Positions 8,659 to 17,461 of a stretch of DNA of 64,000 nucleotides are shown here, one piece after another. This DNA is from an uncultured Verrucomicrobiae bacterium (GTDB lineage Bacteria > Chlamydiota > Chlamydiia > Chlamydiales > Rhabdochlamydiaceae): assembly GCA_963718565.1 (NCBI GenBank), contig OY970364.1, positions 1 to 64,000 on the forward strand, in the 5' to 3' direction. Position 1 is the stretch's first letter; every line of letters begins with the position of its first letter. The position numbers were made by a program, and so were the translations under genes. The notes under the pieces are model-generated. The model searched no databases. It was given only the letters and a program-made list of their open reading frames with translations, and was not told the origin of the DNA.

Positions 8659-10483
8659 ACACCCAGAATTGTGCAAGCGTGTCGATATCTTTTTGCGTCA
8701 CTCCTTTCACTTGCTTTAATTCCTCTGGAGAGGCTCGTTTGATTTTTTCCACGCTTCCAAAATGGCGGAGAAGGCGTGCTCGTTTAATAGGTCCGATTCC
8801 TGGAATTGTATCCATGGCGCTGCTCAAAGAGCGCTTTTGACGTCTTTTCCGATGAAATCCGACAGCTTTGCGATGTGCCTCATCGCGCACTTTTTGAAGG
8901 AGGAAAAGAAGGCTGGAGTGAAGATTGAGATGAATCGGATCGTGATGTTCCGGCAGAAAAATTCTTTCGGCTGTCATTCCCTTATCATGACGACTTTCTT
9001 CTTTGGCAAGGGCGATCAGATCAACCGAAGCGACATCGAGGTCTTTAAAGACTTCGAGTCCAATATTTAAATGACCCTTGCCGCCATCGAGAATGATCAG
9101 ATCGGGCAAGTCATCGGCTTGTTTTGCGCGGGTGAGATGGCGTGTCAACACTTCCCGCATGGCGCCATAATCATCTCCTCTTAGAGCTGTCTTGATTTTA
9201 AACAGACGAGTCCGTTCAGAATCTTTTTCCCCATCGGTAAAAGCGACAAGGGAGGCCACAGGGTCTGTTCCTGAAATATGGGAAGTGTCAAAACATTCGA
9301 TGCGTTTCGGATAACGGTTCAGCTTGAGAGTGTCTTGAAGATCGAGGAGCATTTTTTCTTTAAGCTCTAGCTGATCTTTTTTTTGTTGGAAAACAGCTTC
9401 AGCATTTTCTTCTGCGATGCTGACAAGAGCTCGTTTTTCTCCTTTTTGCGGATAGAGGATAGAGATTCTTTTTTTCTTAGGGGATTCTGAGAGAATTTCA
9501 GAGATGAGGTCAGCGTCTTTTAAAGGAATGGGTAAAAGGATCTCATCCGGAGGCCTTTCTTGATGAGGGTAATGTTGCAGAATAAAAGAGGAAAACAGAT
9601 CTTCTTCATCTTCTAAAATATTGGAAAAAGAATAATGTTCCGAACCGATGAGCTTTCCTTCGCGGAATAGGAGTTGGACAAGCATCACTTCTTCTCCTTC
9701 GCGGTAGATGGCAAGGGCATCGCTATTTTTGCCGTTGACTTTGACAGCGAGGGGCTGTGCTTCAATGACATGTTCAATTTGTCTGATTGTCTGTAAAATT
9801 GCTGCTGCGCGTTCGTACTCTAAATTTTCCGATGCTTTTTTCATCTCGGCGTGTAGTTCTTTTAAAATTTCTTTGTCCTGTCCTTTTAAGAATTTGACTG
9901 CCCCATTGACAAAGGTGCTGTACTCTTCTTTTGAACATTTGCCGACACAGGGGGCGATACAGCGTTTGATCGAGTAAAGCAAGCAAGGGCGCGTACGCCG
10001 TTTCAATTCTTCATCCGTGCATTGCCTTAAGGGGAATAGCCGGGTAAGGATTTCATAAGTTTGGCGTGCGGCATAAGCACTCGTATAAGGCCCGAAATAA
10101 AGACCATCCTCTTTAGGCTTATTCTTATAACGGATAAGGCGGATCATCGGCCAAGGATGGCGGTTGTTGATCATCAGGCTGATGAAAGTTTTGTCATCTT
10201 TTAAAATCGCATTGAACTTGGGCTGATGTTTTTTGATGAGTGTATTTTCTAAAAGCAAAGCCTCTTTTTCAGAAGGCACGACAATCGTGTCGATATGGGA
10301 AATTTGGCGAAGAAGAAAAGGGACCATCGGACGGGTATCGCCAGTTGGGGCAAAGTATTGTTTGATTCTGCTTTTCAGAACATTGGCCTTACCGACATAA
10401 ATGACTTTATTTTCAGCATCTTTCATTAAATAGACGCCGGGCTTCATCGGAAACTGATCGAGGAGTCTAACGTCGAATAACAT
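8651..10483 (-). CDS. uvrC: Excinuclease ABC subunit C
   Basis: GIY-YIG PGVYLMKD...IYVGKA, RIECFDTSH, DLIILDGGKG, C-terminal HhH IPGIGP. Confidence 0.97.
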   Translation of the reverse strand: MLFDVRLLDQFPMKPGVYLMKDAENKVIYVGKANVLKSRIKQYFAPTGDTRPMVPFLLRQISHIDTIVVPSEKEALLLENTLIKKHQPKFNAILKDDKTFISLMINNRHPWPMIRLIRYKNKPKEDGLYFGPYTSAYAARQTYEILTRLFPLRQCTDEELKRRTRPCLLYSIKRCIAPCVGKCSKEEYSTFVNGAVKFLKGQDKEILKELHAEMKKASENLEYERAAAILQTIRQIEHVIEAQPLAVKVNGKNSDALAIYREGEEVMLVQLLFREGKLIGSEHYSFSNILEDEEDLFSSFILQHYPHQERPPDEILLPIPLKDADLISEILSESPKKKRISILYPQKGEKRALVSIAEENAEAVFQQKKDQLELKEKMLLDLQDTLKLNRYPKRIECFDTSHISGTDPVASLVAFTDGEKDSERTRLFKIKTALRGDDYGAMREVLTRHLTRAKQADDLPDLIILDGGKGHLNIGLEVFKDLDVASVDLIALAKEESRHDKGMTAERIFLPEHHDPIHLNLHSSLLFLLQKVRDEAHRKAVGFHRKRRQKRSLSSAMDTIPGIGPIKRARLLRHFGSVEKIKRASPEELKQVKGVTQKDIDTLAQFWVST

Positions 10484-10485
10484 GA

Positions 10486-13098
10486 CTACCTAAGTTTTTC
10501 CTTCCAATCTGTGATCTTCTTCAAAGCTTCTAAGGGCGTTAAATGGTTAGGGTCCAAGTTTTTTAATTCGGATGCAATCGCAGTCACACGAGAATCTTCG
10601 TTAAAGGAAGTAAAAAGAGAGAGTTGCTTTTGCTGGGGTGGTTTTACAGGGGATGAATCGCTGGTTCTGCCAGCGTTCTTTTCCAGTTTTTGCAGCATTT
10701 CGAGAGCGCGTTTGATGACGAGATGAGGGAGTCCGGCAAGTGTTGCAACATGAATGCCGTAGCTCTTGTCCGTCCCTCCTTTGAGGATCTTGCGTAAGAA
10801 AACAATCCCACGGTCTGATTCATGGACAGCGACGTTATAATTGACAGCGCCAGGGACAAGATTTTCTAATTCAGTCAGTTCCCAATAATGGGTAGCAAAC
10901 AGTGTCTTAGCACGTTTTTGCGGCTGGGTAAGTAAGTATTCGGCAACGGCCCAGGCGATTGAAATTCCGTCATAGGTACTTGTCCCACGGCCAATCTCGT
11001 CTAAAATGACAAGCGAGCGATCTGTGGCATTGTGAAGAATGTTCGCTGTTTCTGTCATCTCCACCATGAAAGTCGACTGCCCGCGAGATAGGTCGTCGCT
11101 AGCTCCAATCCGGCTGAAGACTTTATCAATGATACCGATATGTGCGCGTTTTGCCGGCACAAACGATCCCATTTGAGATAAGATGGCAATCAGGGCGACT
11201 TGCCGAATAAAGGTGGATTTTCCCGCCATATTCGGGCCAGTGATCAGGTAGAGCTGCTGGTTTTTCCGGTCTAAAAAGACATCGTTTGGGATAAATGTCT
11301 CTGTTCCGATTGTCGCCTCGATTACGGGATGTCGTCCTTGCTCCACATGGAGGATTTCACTGTCATCGACAAGGGGACGGACATAGTGGTAGGTCTTGGC
11401 AGTTTCTGCAAAAGAAAGGAGGCAGTCAAGAATGGCCACAGCTGTAGCGATTGTTCTCACTTGCGGAGCAAAAGAAGCCGCTTCTTTTCTCAAAAAATCA
11501 AAGAGTTCATATTCTAACGCTGCGATTTTCTCTTCTGCGTGCAGCATTTTATGTTCAAACTCCTTGAGTTCCGGGGTAATCAACCGTTCTGCATTGACAA
11601 GAGTTTGTCTTCTTTGGAAGCTTTCGGGGATTTTGTCCGACTGCCCCCTACTGACCTCAATGTAATAACCGAAGGCTTTCGTATAACCCACTTTTAGCGT
11701 TTTGATCTGAGTTTGCTCTTTGAGTTGGACTTGATAGCGGGCAATCCAAGCATGGCTGTCATTTTGCAGTGATCTCAACTCGTCGAGCTGGGGATGAAAG
11801 CCGCTGCGAAAAATTCCTCCATCGCTTAAGCGAAGCGGCGGTGTATCGACAAGGCTATTTTGGATTTTATTAACAATTGCCGTGACATCGGCTAAATTTT
11901 GCTTAGCCTGTACCAAGAGGGTTTCGGTAAATGAGGTTAAGACTTGGGAAAGCGGAGCGACATGTTCTAAAGAAAAGCGTAAGCCCGCCAAATCGCGTGG
12001 AGAAGCGTAACCTGTTTCGATACGCATCATCAGTCTTTCTAAATCGCGGATTTCGCTCAAGTGAGAGCGGATTTCCAGGCTCTTTTGCCAAGATTGAAGA
12101 AAGGCGGAGACTGCTTCTTGGCGAAGTTTGATCTCATCGACATCTAGAAGAGGGTGAGTCAGCCATCTTTTCAGCAGGCGCCCACCCATTGGGGTTACAG
12201 TGCGGTCTATACATTGAAGCAGTGTATGTTTTTTTTTGCCATCATGCAGCGACTCGAACAATTCGAGATGTTTTTGGGTGGAACGATCTAGCAATAGATA
12301 GCGATTTAGAGATTCTGTTGCGATCGATTTGATATGATCAATCGATACATTCAAATCTTCGTGGACATAATGCAGGATTGTGCCCGAGGCGTTGATTGCA
12401 GCAATCATCCCTTTCAATCCAAATCCATCGAGATTATGCACACGAAAATGTCGTAGGAGGACATCACAAGCATGACTGTGATCGAAATGCCAATCCTCTC
12501 TAATATGGATCGTGGAGCTGAATTGCCCTTTGATCTCTTCGACAAATGCCCCATATTTTTGATTCCACTTTTCCGCAATGAGGATCTCTTTGGGTCGCAG
12601 ACGGCATAATTCATCGATCAGTTCTTTGCAGTCATCGAACTCCATTGCCTTAAAATCAGCAGTGGTCACGTCCAAGAAGCTCAAACCATACGTCTCACCG
12701 ACTTGGGCAATGCATGCGAGATAATTGTTGGATTTGTCGGTTAACAGCGTTGAATTGATCACTGTGCCTGGAGTCACTACACGGACGATTTCACGTTTGA
12801 CTAGTCCTTTGGCGGCGCGCGGGTCTTCCATTTGCTCGGCAATTGCGACGCGGTATCCCTTGGCGACAAGTTTGTCGATATACGCTTCGCTGGTATGAAA
12901 CGGAACTCCGGCCATCGGAATCTCTTGACGCTTTGTGAGGGTCAAGTCGAGCTGTTCAGAAATGAGAATGGCGTCTTCGTAGAATGCTTCATAAAAATCG
13001 CCTAATCGGAACAAAAGGATCGCATTCGGCGCGCTTTTTTTACAGGCGTGCCATTGGGCCATCATCGGAGAAATTTTTTGTTCGTTCTCTACTGTCAT
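10486..13098 (-). CDS. mutS: DNA mismatch repair protein MutS
   Basis: FRLGDFYE, ITGPNMAGKST, STFMVEM, ILDEIGRGTST, FATHY. Confidence 0.98.
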   Translation of the reverse strand: MTVENEQKISPMMAQWHACKKSAPNAILLFRLGDFYEAFYEDAILISEQLDLTLTKRQEIPMAGVPFHTSEAYIDKLVAKGYRVAIAEQMEDPRAAKGLVKREIVRVVTPGTVINSTLLTDKSNNYLACIAQVGETYGLSFLDVTTADFKAMEFDDCKELIDELCRLRPKEILIAEKWNQKYGAFVEEIKGQFSSTIHIREDWHFDHSHACDVLLRHFRVHNLDGFGLKGMIAAINASGTILHYVHEDLNVSIDHIKSIATESLNRYLLLDRSTQKHLELFESLHDGKKKHTLLQCIDRTVTPMGGRLLKRWLTHPLLDVDEIKLRQEAVSAFLQSWQKSLEIRSHLSEIRDLERLMMRIETGYASPRDLAGLRFSLEHVAPLSQVLTSFTETLLVQAKQNLADVTAIVNKIQNSLVDTPPLRLSDGGIFRSGFHPQLDELRSLQNDSHAWIARYQVQLKEQTQIKTLKVGYTKAFGYYIEVSRGQSDKIPESFQRRQTLVNAERLITPELKEFEHKMLHAEEKIAALEYELFDFLRKEAASFAPQVRTIATAVAILDCLLSFAETAKTYHYVRPLVDDSEILHVEQGRHPVIEATIGTETFIPNDVFLDRKNQQLYLITGPNMAGKSTFIRQVALIAILSQMGSFVPAKRAHIGIIDKVFSRIGASDDLSRGQSTFMVEMTETANILHNATDRSLVILDEIGRGTSTYDGISIAWAVAEYLLTQPQKRAKTLFATHYWELTELENLVPGAVNYNVAVHESDRGIVFLRKILKGGTDKSYGIHVATLAGLPHLVIKRALEMLQKLEKNAGRTSDSSPVKPPQQKQLSLFTSFNEDSRVTAIASELKNLDPNHLTPLEALKKITDWKEKLR

Positions 13099-13128
13099 GG
13101 TTTTGAGACAATTCTCGCAGACAGACTC

Positions 13129-13683
13129 TTATTTTCCAATGAGCTTTTCCCACCAGCTTTTTGGTGTGGCAGAACCGGACAGATCAGGGGGGAATTCCTT
13201 TTGTTTTTCCTGAGGAGATTGCTGTTTAAAAAATGAAGATTGTGCGGAGACGGCCTCGTTAAAAGATTTTGAAACAGCGTCAGAGTCAGGTGTTGTGATA
13301 GAAGCTGTTACACTGTTTTTTGGCTCTTCTTCAGCAACGCAGAGGGCTTTTTGGATTTGACTCCGGCAGCTTTGACACCACAAAAGCAAAACTTTTAAAT
13401 CATTATCGAGAGTTTTGAGATGCTCGATGATTTCTTCGGGAGAGCGTTGATTTTTTTGTCTGTGCAGACGAGAAGGGAGGCTGAGGGATTGGCTAAGTTC
13501 AAGCTTGAATTGAAAAGTTTTAATTAAGAGAGGGATCATGACTTTTTTGATTTGGTCGCGCAATTGGCTCAGCGAGGGATCATTTAACATTCCTGCTTGG
13601 ACAAAATGCGCGGATTTTTCTTCGAAAGAATGAGAAGAATCTGAGAATTCTGCCTCGGGGTCGCTCATATTGAAAAAAACCAT
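13129..13683 (-). CDS. Hypothetical protein
   Basis: 184-aa ORF co-oriented with and just upstream of mutS; no recognised motif. Confidence 0.6.
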   Translation of the reverse strand: MVFFNMSDPEAEFSDSSHSFEEKSAHFVQAGMLNDPSLSQLRDQIKKVMIPLLIKTFQFKLELSQSLSLPSRLHRQKNQRSPEEIIEHLKTLDNDLKVLLLWCQSCRSQIQKALCVAEEEPKNSVTASITTPDSDAVSKSFNEAVSAQSSFFKQQSPQEKQKEFPPDLSGSATPKSWWEKLIGK

Positions 13684-13756
13684 TTTACAATTTTTGTCAA
13701 AGACCTACTAACTTTTTTTAAAGACATCCTGCTTTTTTATAAAGAGAATTTTTAAT

Positions 13757-13797
13757 GGAGCGATTCTCGCTGCACGCAGTGCAGCGAGAATCGCTCC
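13757..13797. repeat. Perfect 19-bp inverted repeat with 3-nt loop
   Basis: GGAGCGATTCTCGCTGCAC-GCA-GTGCAGCGAGAATCGCTCC in the divergent intergenic region before dnaG. Confidence 0.85.
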
Positions 13798-13846
13798 TCA
13801 TAGTTTCCAATAGACGATTTGACCAGTTCTCGGCAATAATGCACGT

Positions 13847-15625
13847 ATGTATACGAAAGACAGCTTAGAATTATTGCGCCAGCGTATCAATCTTGCAGAG
13901 GTTCTTTCTGCACATCTCAATTTACAAAGATCTGGATCCTCTTATAAAGCGCTATGTCCTTTTCATGAGGAAAAAACTCCTTCTTTCATGATTCAGAAGG
14001 GAGATTCACATTACCATTGTTTTGGATGCGGAGCCCATGGCGATGCGATTGCTTTTCTGATGTCGCATATCAAAATGAGTTTTACCGAGGCAGTTGAAAG
14101 TCTGGCCGAGAGATTTCAAGTGACTCTCGAAAAAACGGAAGAACCTGCCGGAGAAAAGGGGCCAAGCAAAGCCCAACTCAAGCAAGCTCTGGAGATGGCG
14201 TCCGGCCTTTTTCATTATTTGTTGATCCATTCTTCTGAAGGTCAAGTCGCATTGCAGTACCTTTATCAGAGGGGGCTGAACCTCGATTTTATTCGCCAAT
14301 TTCAGATCGGGTTCGCTCCTAAATATGGAGACGTTGTGATGCGATACTTGCACGAAATGGGCATCGATAGGAAGGTTCAAGAAGAAGCGGGATTAATCCT
14401 GATCACTCAACAGGGTAGACAACGCGATTTTTTTTCCGATCGGATTACTTTTCCCATTCGCGACCCGCTCGGGGCAGTCATTGGTTTTTCCGCTCGCAAA
14501 TTTAAAGAGGAGACTTTTGGTGGAAAATACATCAATACCCCTGAAACGGTCCTTTTCAAAAAGTCGCGCGTTCTTTTTGGACTCAGCTACTGCCGCAGCA
14601 GAATCGCTAAAGAAGCTCGGGCAATCATTGTCGAAGGGCAGATCGATTGTTTGCGGTTAATTCATGCGGGGTTTAATTATGCTGTAGCAGGTCAGGGTAC
14701 GGCATTTGGCGAAGAGCATGTTAAAGAGCTCCTGCATCTTGGGGTCAATCGGGTCTACCTCGCCCTCGATTCCGACGAAGCGGGTCTGGCAGCCACTGTA
14801 AAAATTGGACATTTGTTCCAAAAAAAAGGAGTGGAGGTCTTGGTCGTTTCTCTCCCTAAAAATAGTGACCCCGATTCTCTTCTTATCGAGAGCGGTCCTG
14901 AATTTTTTGCGGCTCTTCTCAAAGAGAGTGTTGAGTATTTGAATTTTTTATTTTCTTATTTATCTAAGGATAAGGATTTGAGTTCCCCTTCAAAAAAAAA
15001 TGAAATTGTCAGTGAAATTGTCGCTAAAATTAAGCAATGGGAAATGCCTGTGATGGTCCATGAGAGTTTGAGAAAACTTGCAGAAATTTCTCAAGTTCCC
15101 GAAGCCGCACTTGGCATTGGGCAAATTTCCTTGCCAGACTTATTCATCAAGAAGAGCTCTTCCTTGAAAATTCAAGAAATCGATCCTAATCGGATTTTAG
15201 AAGGTGATTTGATCCGTTGGCTTGTCTTTGCTTCTCCACAATATCCTCAGCTGATCACAATCGCTAAGGCTAACATTTCAGAAGGAGATTTGTGCATACC
15301 AGGAGCTGCTCGGCTTTACGCTGAGTTTTTGCAGACCTTTGAAGAGCAGCGGCCATGCGACCTTCTTGCTTTAGGAGCGTGCCTAGAAGGTGAAGAAGAT
15401 CAGAAATTATTGAGTGAAATCATGCAGCGCAAAATCAATCTTGTTAAAGCGGAAGAGGGCTTTAAAGAGACGATTCGCAAAATCCTTGTTCGTCAATGGA
15501 TGGATGAGCGCGAAGGCATTCGCGTCAAACTTCAAAGCGGGGCCTTAAGCGATGCAGAAGCCCTCGATTTGGCTCGCCAATTTGACGAGATTAAAAAACG
15601 CGTCCCCACGGTAATCACCCCATGA
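13847..15625 (+). CDS. dnaG: DNA primase
   Basis: CPFHEEKTPSF...HCFGCG zinc finger, KYINTPET, TOPRIM IIVEGQID / LDSDEAG. Confidence 0.97.
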   Translation: MYTKDSLELLRQRINLAEVLSAHLNLQRSGSSYKALCPFHEEKTPSFMIQKGDSHYHCFGCGAHGDAIAFLMSHIKMSFTEAVESLAERFQVTLEKTEEPAGEKGPSKAQLKQALEMASGLFHYLLIHSSEGQVALQYLYQRGLNLDFIRQFQIGFAPKYGDVVMRYLHEMGIDRKVQEEAGLILITQQGRQRDFFSDRITFPIRDPLGAVIGFSARKFKEETFGGKYINTPETVLFKKSRVLFGLSYCRSRIAKEARAIIVEGQIDCLRLIHAGFNYAVAGQGTAFGEEHVKELLHLGVNRVYLALDSDEAGLAATVKIGHLFQKKGVEVLVVSLPKNSDPDSLLIESGPEFFAALLKESVEYLNFLFSYLSKDKDLSSPSKKNEIVSEIVAKIKQWEMPVMVHESLRKLAEISQVPEAALGIGQISLPDLFIKKSSSLKIQEIDPNRILEGDLIRWLVFASPQYPQLITIAKANISEGDLCIPGAARLYAEFLQTFEEQRPCDLLALGACLEGEEDQKLLSEIMQRKINLVKAEEGFKETIRKILVRQWMDEREGIRVKLQSGALSDAEALDLARQFDEIKKRVPTVITP

Positions 15626-15969
15626 AACATTTAATCCTGTTCGATGATAGCTGTTCTTTATGCTGGCGCTCGGTCAATCGTATTCGAAGTTGGGATCGTA
15701 AAAAACAATTTGAGTATTCTCCGATCAAAGAAAAGCTGGCAAAACAAGCTCTTAAAACAAAATACAACACACTCAAAAATGCCAATACTCTTGTCTTGAT
15801 TGAAAACTATCAAGGCCGTTCTCCAAGGATTTGGGTTAAAGGAAGAGCTGTGATGAGAATTCTTTGGTTGATTGGCGGATGGAGAAAGCTTATTGGGTGG
15901 ATGGCCTTTGTTCCAATTGGCGTAGATCAGATCTATTCTTTTATCGCCAAAAGACGGCACCGATTTTAA
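15622..15969 (+). CDS. DCC1-like thiol-disulfide oxidoreductase family protein (DUF393)
   Basis: ILFDDSCSLC (DxxCxxC) N-terminus and YSFIAKRRHR C-terminus. Confidence 0.85.
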   Translation: MKHLILFDDSCSLCWRSVNRIRSWDRKKQFEYSPIKEKLAKQALKTKYNTLKNANTLVLIENYQGRSPRIWVKGRAVMRILWLIGGWRKLIGWMAFVPIGVDQIYSFIAKRRHRF

Positions 15970-16004
15970 GAGAGGGCCTTCAAATCATTTGAAGATACCC
16001 TCTC
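15970..16004. mobile_element. Miniature palindromic element family E
   Basis: GAGAGGGCCTTCAAATCATTTGAAGATACCCTCTC flanked by TAA on both sides (left TAA is the stop codon); related copy at 26789-26827. Confidence 0.6.
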
Positions 16005-16006
16005 TA

Positions 16007-16028
16007 ATACTGCGCCCAGTCTAAAAAC
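16007..16028 (+). repeat. Family C terminal motif (T)ATACTGCGCCCAGTCTAAAAA
   Basis: Same motif at 50928, at 63054, and split by IS607 at 47827/49046. Confidence 0.65.
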
Positions 16029-16029
16029 G

Positions 16030-16341
16030 TTAACGCGAACGCGATTTCTTTCGGCAGAGGAGAGCCATACCCGCTCCAATCACAACGAGGACGATACCTC
16101 CAACCATTAAGAGCATGACGGGTGTATTGTATGAAGAGATTTTGCCCTCCATAGCTCCGCCAACAGCTTGTCCGACTTGACCGCCGACAGAATTGCCAGA
16201 AAATAAACTGGTTCCTTTCTTGACATTTCCTTCAGCTTCAGCAATACGGCCTTTCTGATAATTTGCATAAAGAATAGCAATAATACCAATAATTAAAATG
16301 ACAATGCCAATAATGCGCTTAGTATTCACAATACCCTCCAA
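16030..16341 (-). CDS. Small two-TM membrane protein
   Basis: Hydrophobic N- and C-terminal helices with a Gly-rich linker. Confidence 0.65.
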   Translation of the reverse strand: MEGIVNTKRIIGIVILIIGIIAILYANYQKGRIAEAEGNVKKGTSLFSGNSVGGQVGQAVGGAMEGKISSYNTPVMLLMVGGIVLVVIGAGMALLCRKKSRSR

Positions 16342-16440
16342 TAACCAACTTTAATTTGCTTATAGTAAAATTAAATAAAAATTGTAAAGTAGAATTAGTG
16401 AGTTGATCATTAACTTTTTCATCCACGAAGGGTATAGGAA

Positions 16441-17460
16441 TTATTGTTTTGATGCGAGGTGAATTCTTTCGTTCAAGAAGTGTACGGCATTTTGGTTGGC
16501 GATTTTAAGCAAGCTGTGTTCTTTAAGCATTAATTTGCGGCTAAAGAGCTCCAAAAGCTTGGGATAAACAGAGGAGTCGCTAAATTCAGGATAAAATGCC
16601 TCAGACCGCTGATACTTTTCTTTCAAAAAATGAGAAAAATCTGAATCGCAAAAAAAGTCGGCTCCAAAACAGAGTGTATTTTCTGCTCCTAATTCGAGTC
16701 CGTATTCTATATGGCGTAGGATTGCAGAAGGGTCTGTTTTGTGAATGAAAGGGGCGAAAAGATTGAGCCCGATCAGCCCTTTGCGGCGGATGATCTCTTT
16801 TGCCAGATCATCAGGTAGATTGCGAGGATAGTCTGAGATTGAGCGAAAATTGGAATGACTGGCAATGATGGGGATCTCTAATGCATTTTGATCGATAAAA
16901 TTCAAAAGGTCATGGGCAAGTCTATCGGATGTATGGCTAAAATCTAGAGCAATGTTTTTCCTGTGCATCCATTCCACTAGACGTTTACCATCTTCTCTTA
17001 GTCCTACTGTTGAGCGATTGCCTCCCCCAAACCGGTTATCTTCGTCCCAAGTAAGGCTGATATAGAAAATCGTGCCAATGGCTTTCACGTATTCTTCTAA
17101 GCGGTGAATCGCCTCTAAAAGAGGTTCCGTTTCGCTGGAAAATGCCGAAGCATTTTCAAAAGCAGCGATGACGTGGACAATGGGTTTTTGTGCATCCAAA
17201 GGAAAGCGGTACGGAGCGAACATTGTTGGATATTGAGTCATCAATTGCATCCATGTTTCGACTTGCTTGCGCCCGTTTTCAACAGAATTTCCCCCGGTTT
17301 TACTGAAAATCGCAAGCGTCTGTAATTTGACATTTCCTTGAGTAAGCTGTTGATAGGAGCTACGAGAGATAGGATCTTCGGGGGAGCGTTCCGATGAATG
17401 CGACAAGTAAGACAATAGATCGCTATGCAAATCGATCACAGGTACTTCTGACTTTTTCAT
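16441..17460 (-). CDS. Membrane dipeptidase family (peptidase M19)
   Basis: VIDLHSD, ALDFSH, IASHSN, CFGADF; start reassigned to MKKSEVP just after the glyQS stop. Confidence 0.88.
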   Translation of the reverse strand: MKKSEVPVIDLHSDLLSYLSHSSERSPEDPISRSSYQQLTQGNVKLQTLAIFSKTGGNSVENGRKQVETWMQLMTQYPTMFAPYRFPLDAQKPIVHVIAAFENASAFSSETEPLLEAIHRLEEYVKAIGTIFYISLTWDEDNRFGGGNRSTVGLREDGKRLVEWMHRKNIALDFSHTSDRLAHDLLNFIDQNALEIPIIASHSNFRSISDYPRNLPDDLAKEIIRRKGLIGLNLFAPFIHKTDPSAILRHIEYGLELGAENTLCFGADFFCDSDFSHFLKEKYQRSEAFYPEFSDSSVYPKLLELFSRKLMLKEHSLLKIANQNAVHFLNERIHLASKQ

Positions 17461-17461
17461 C

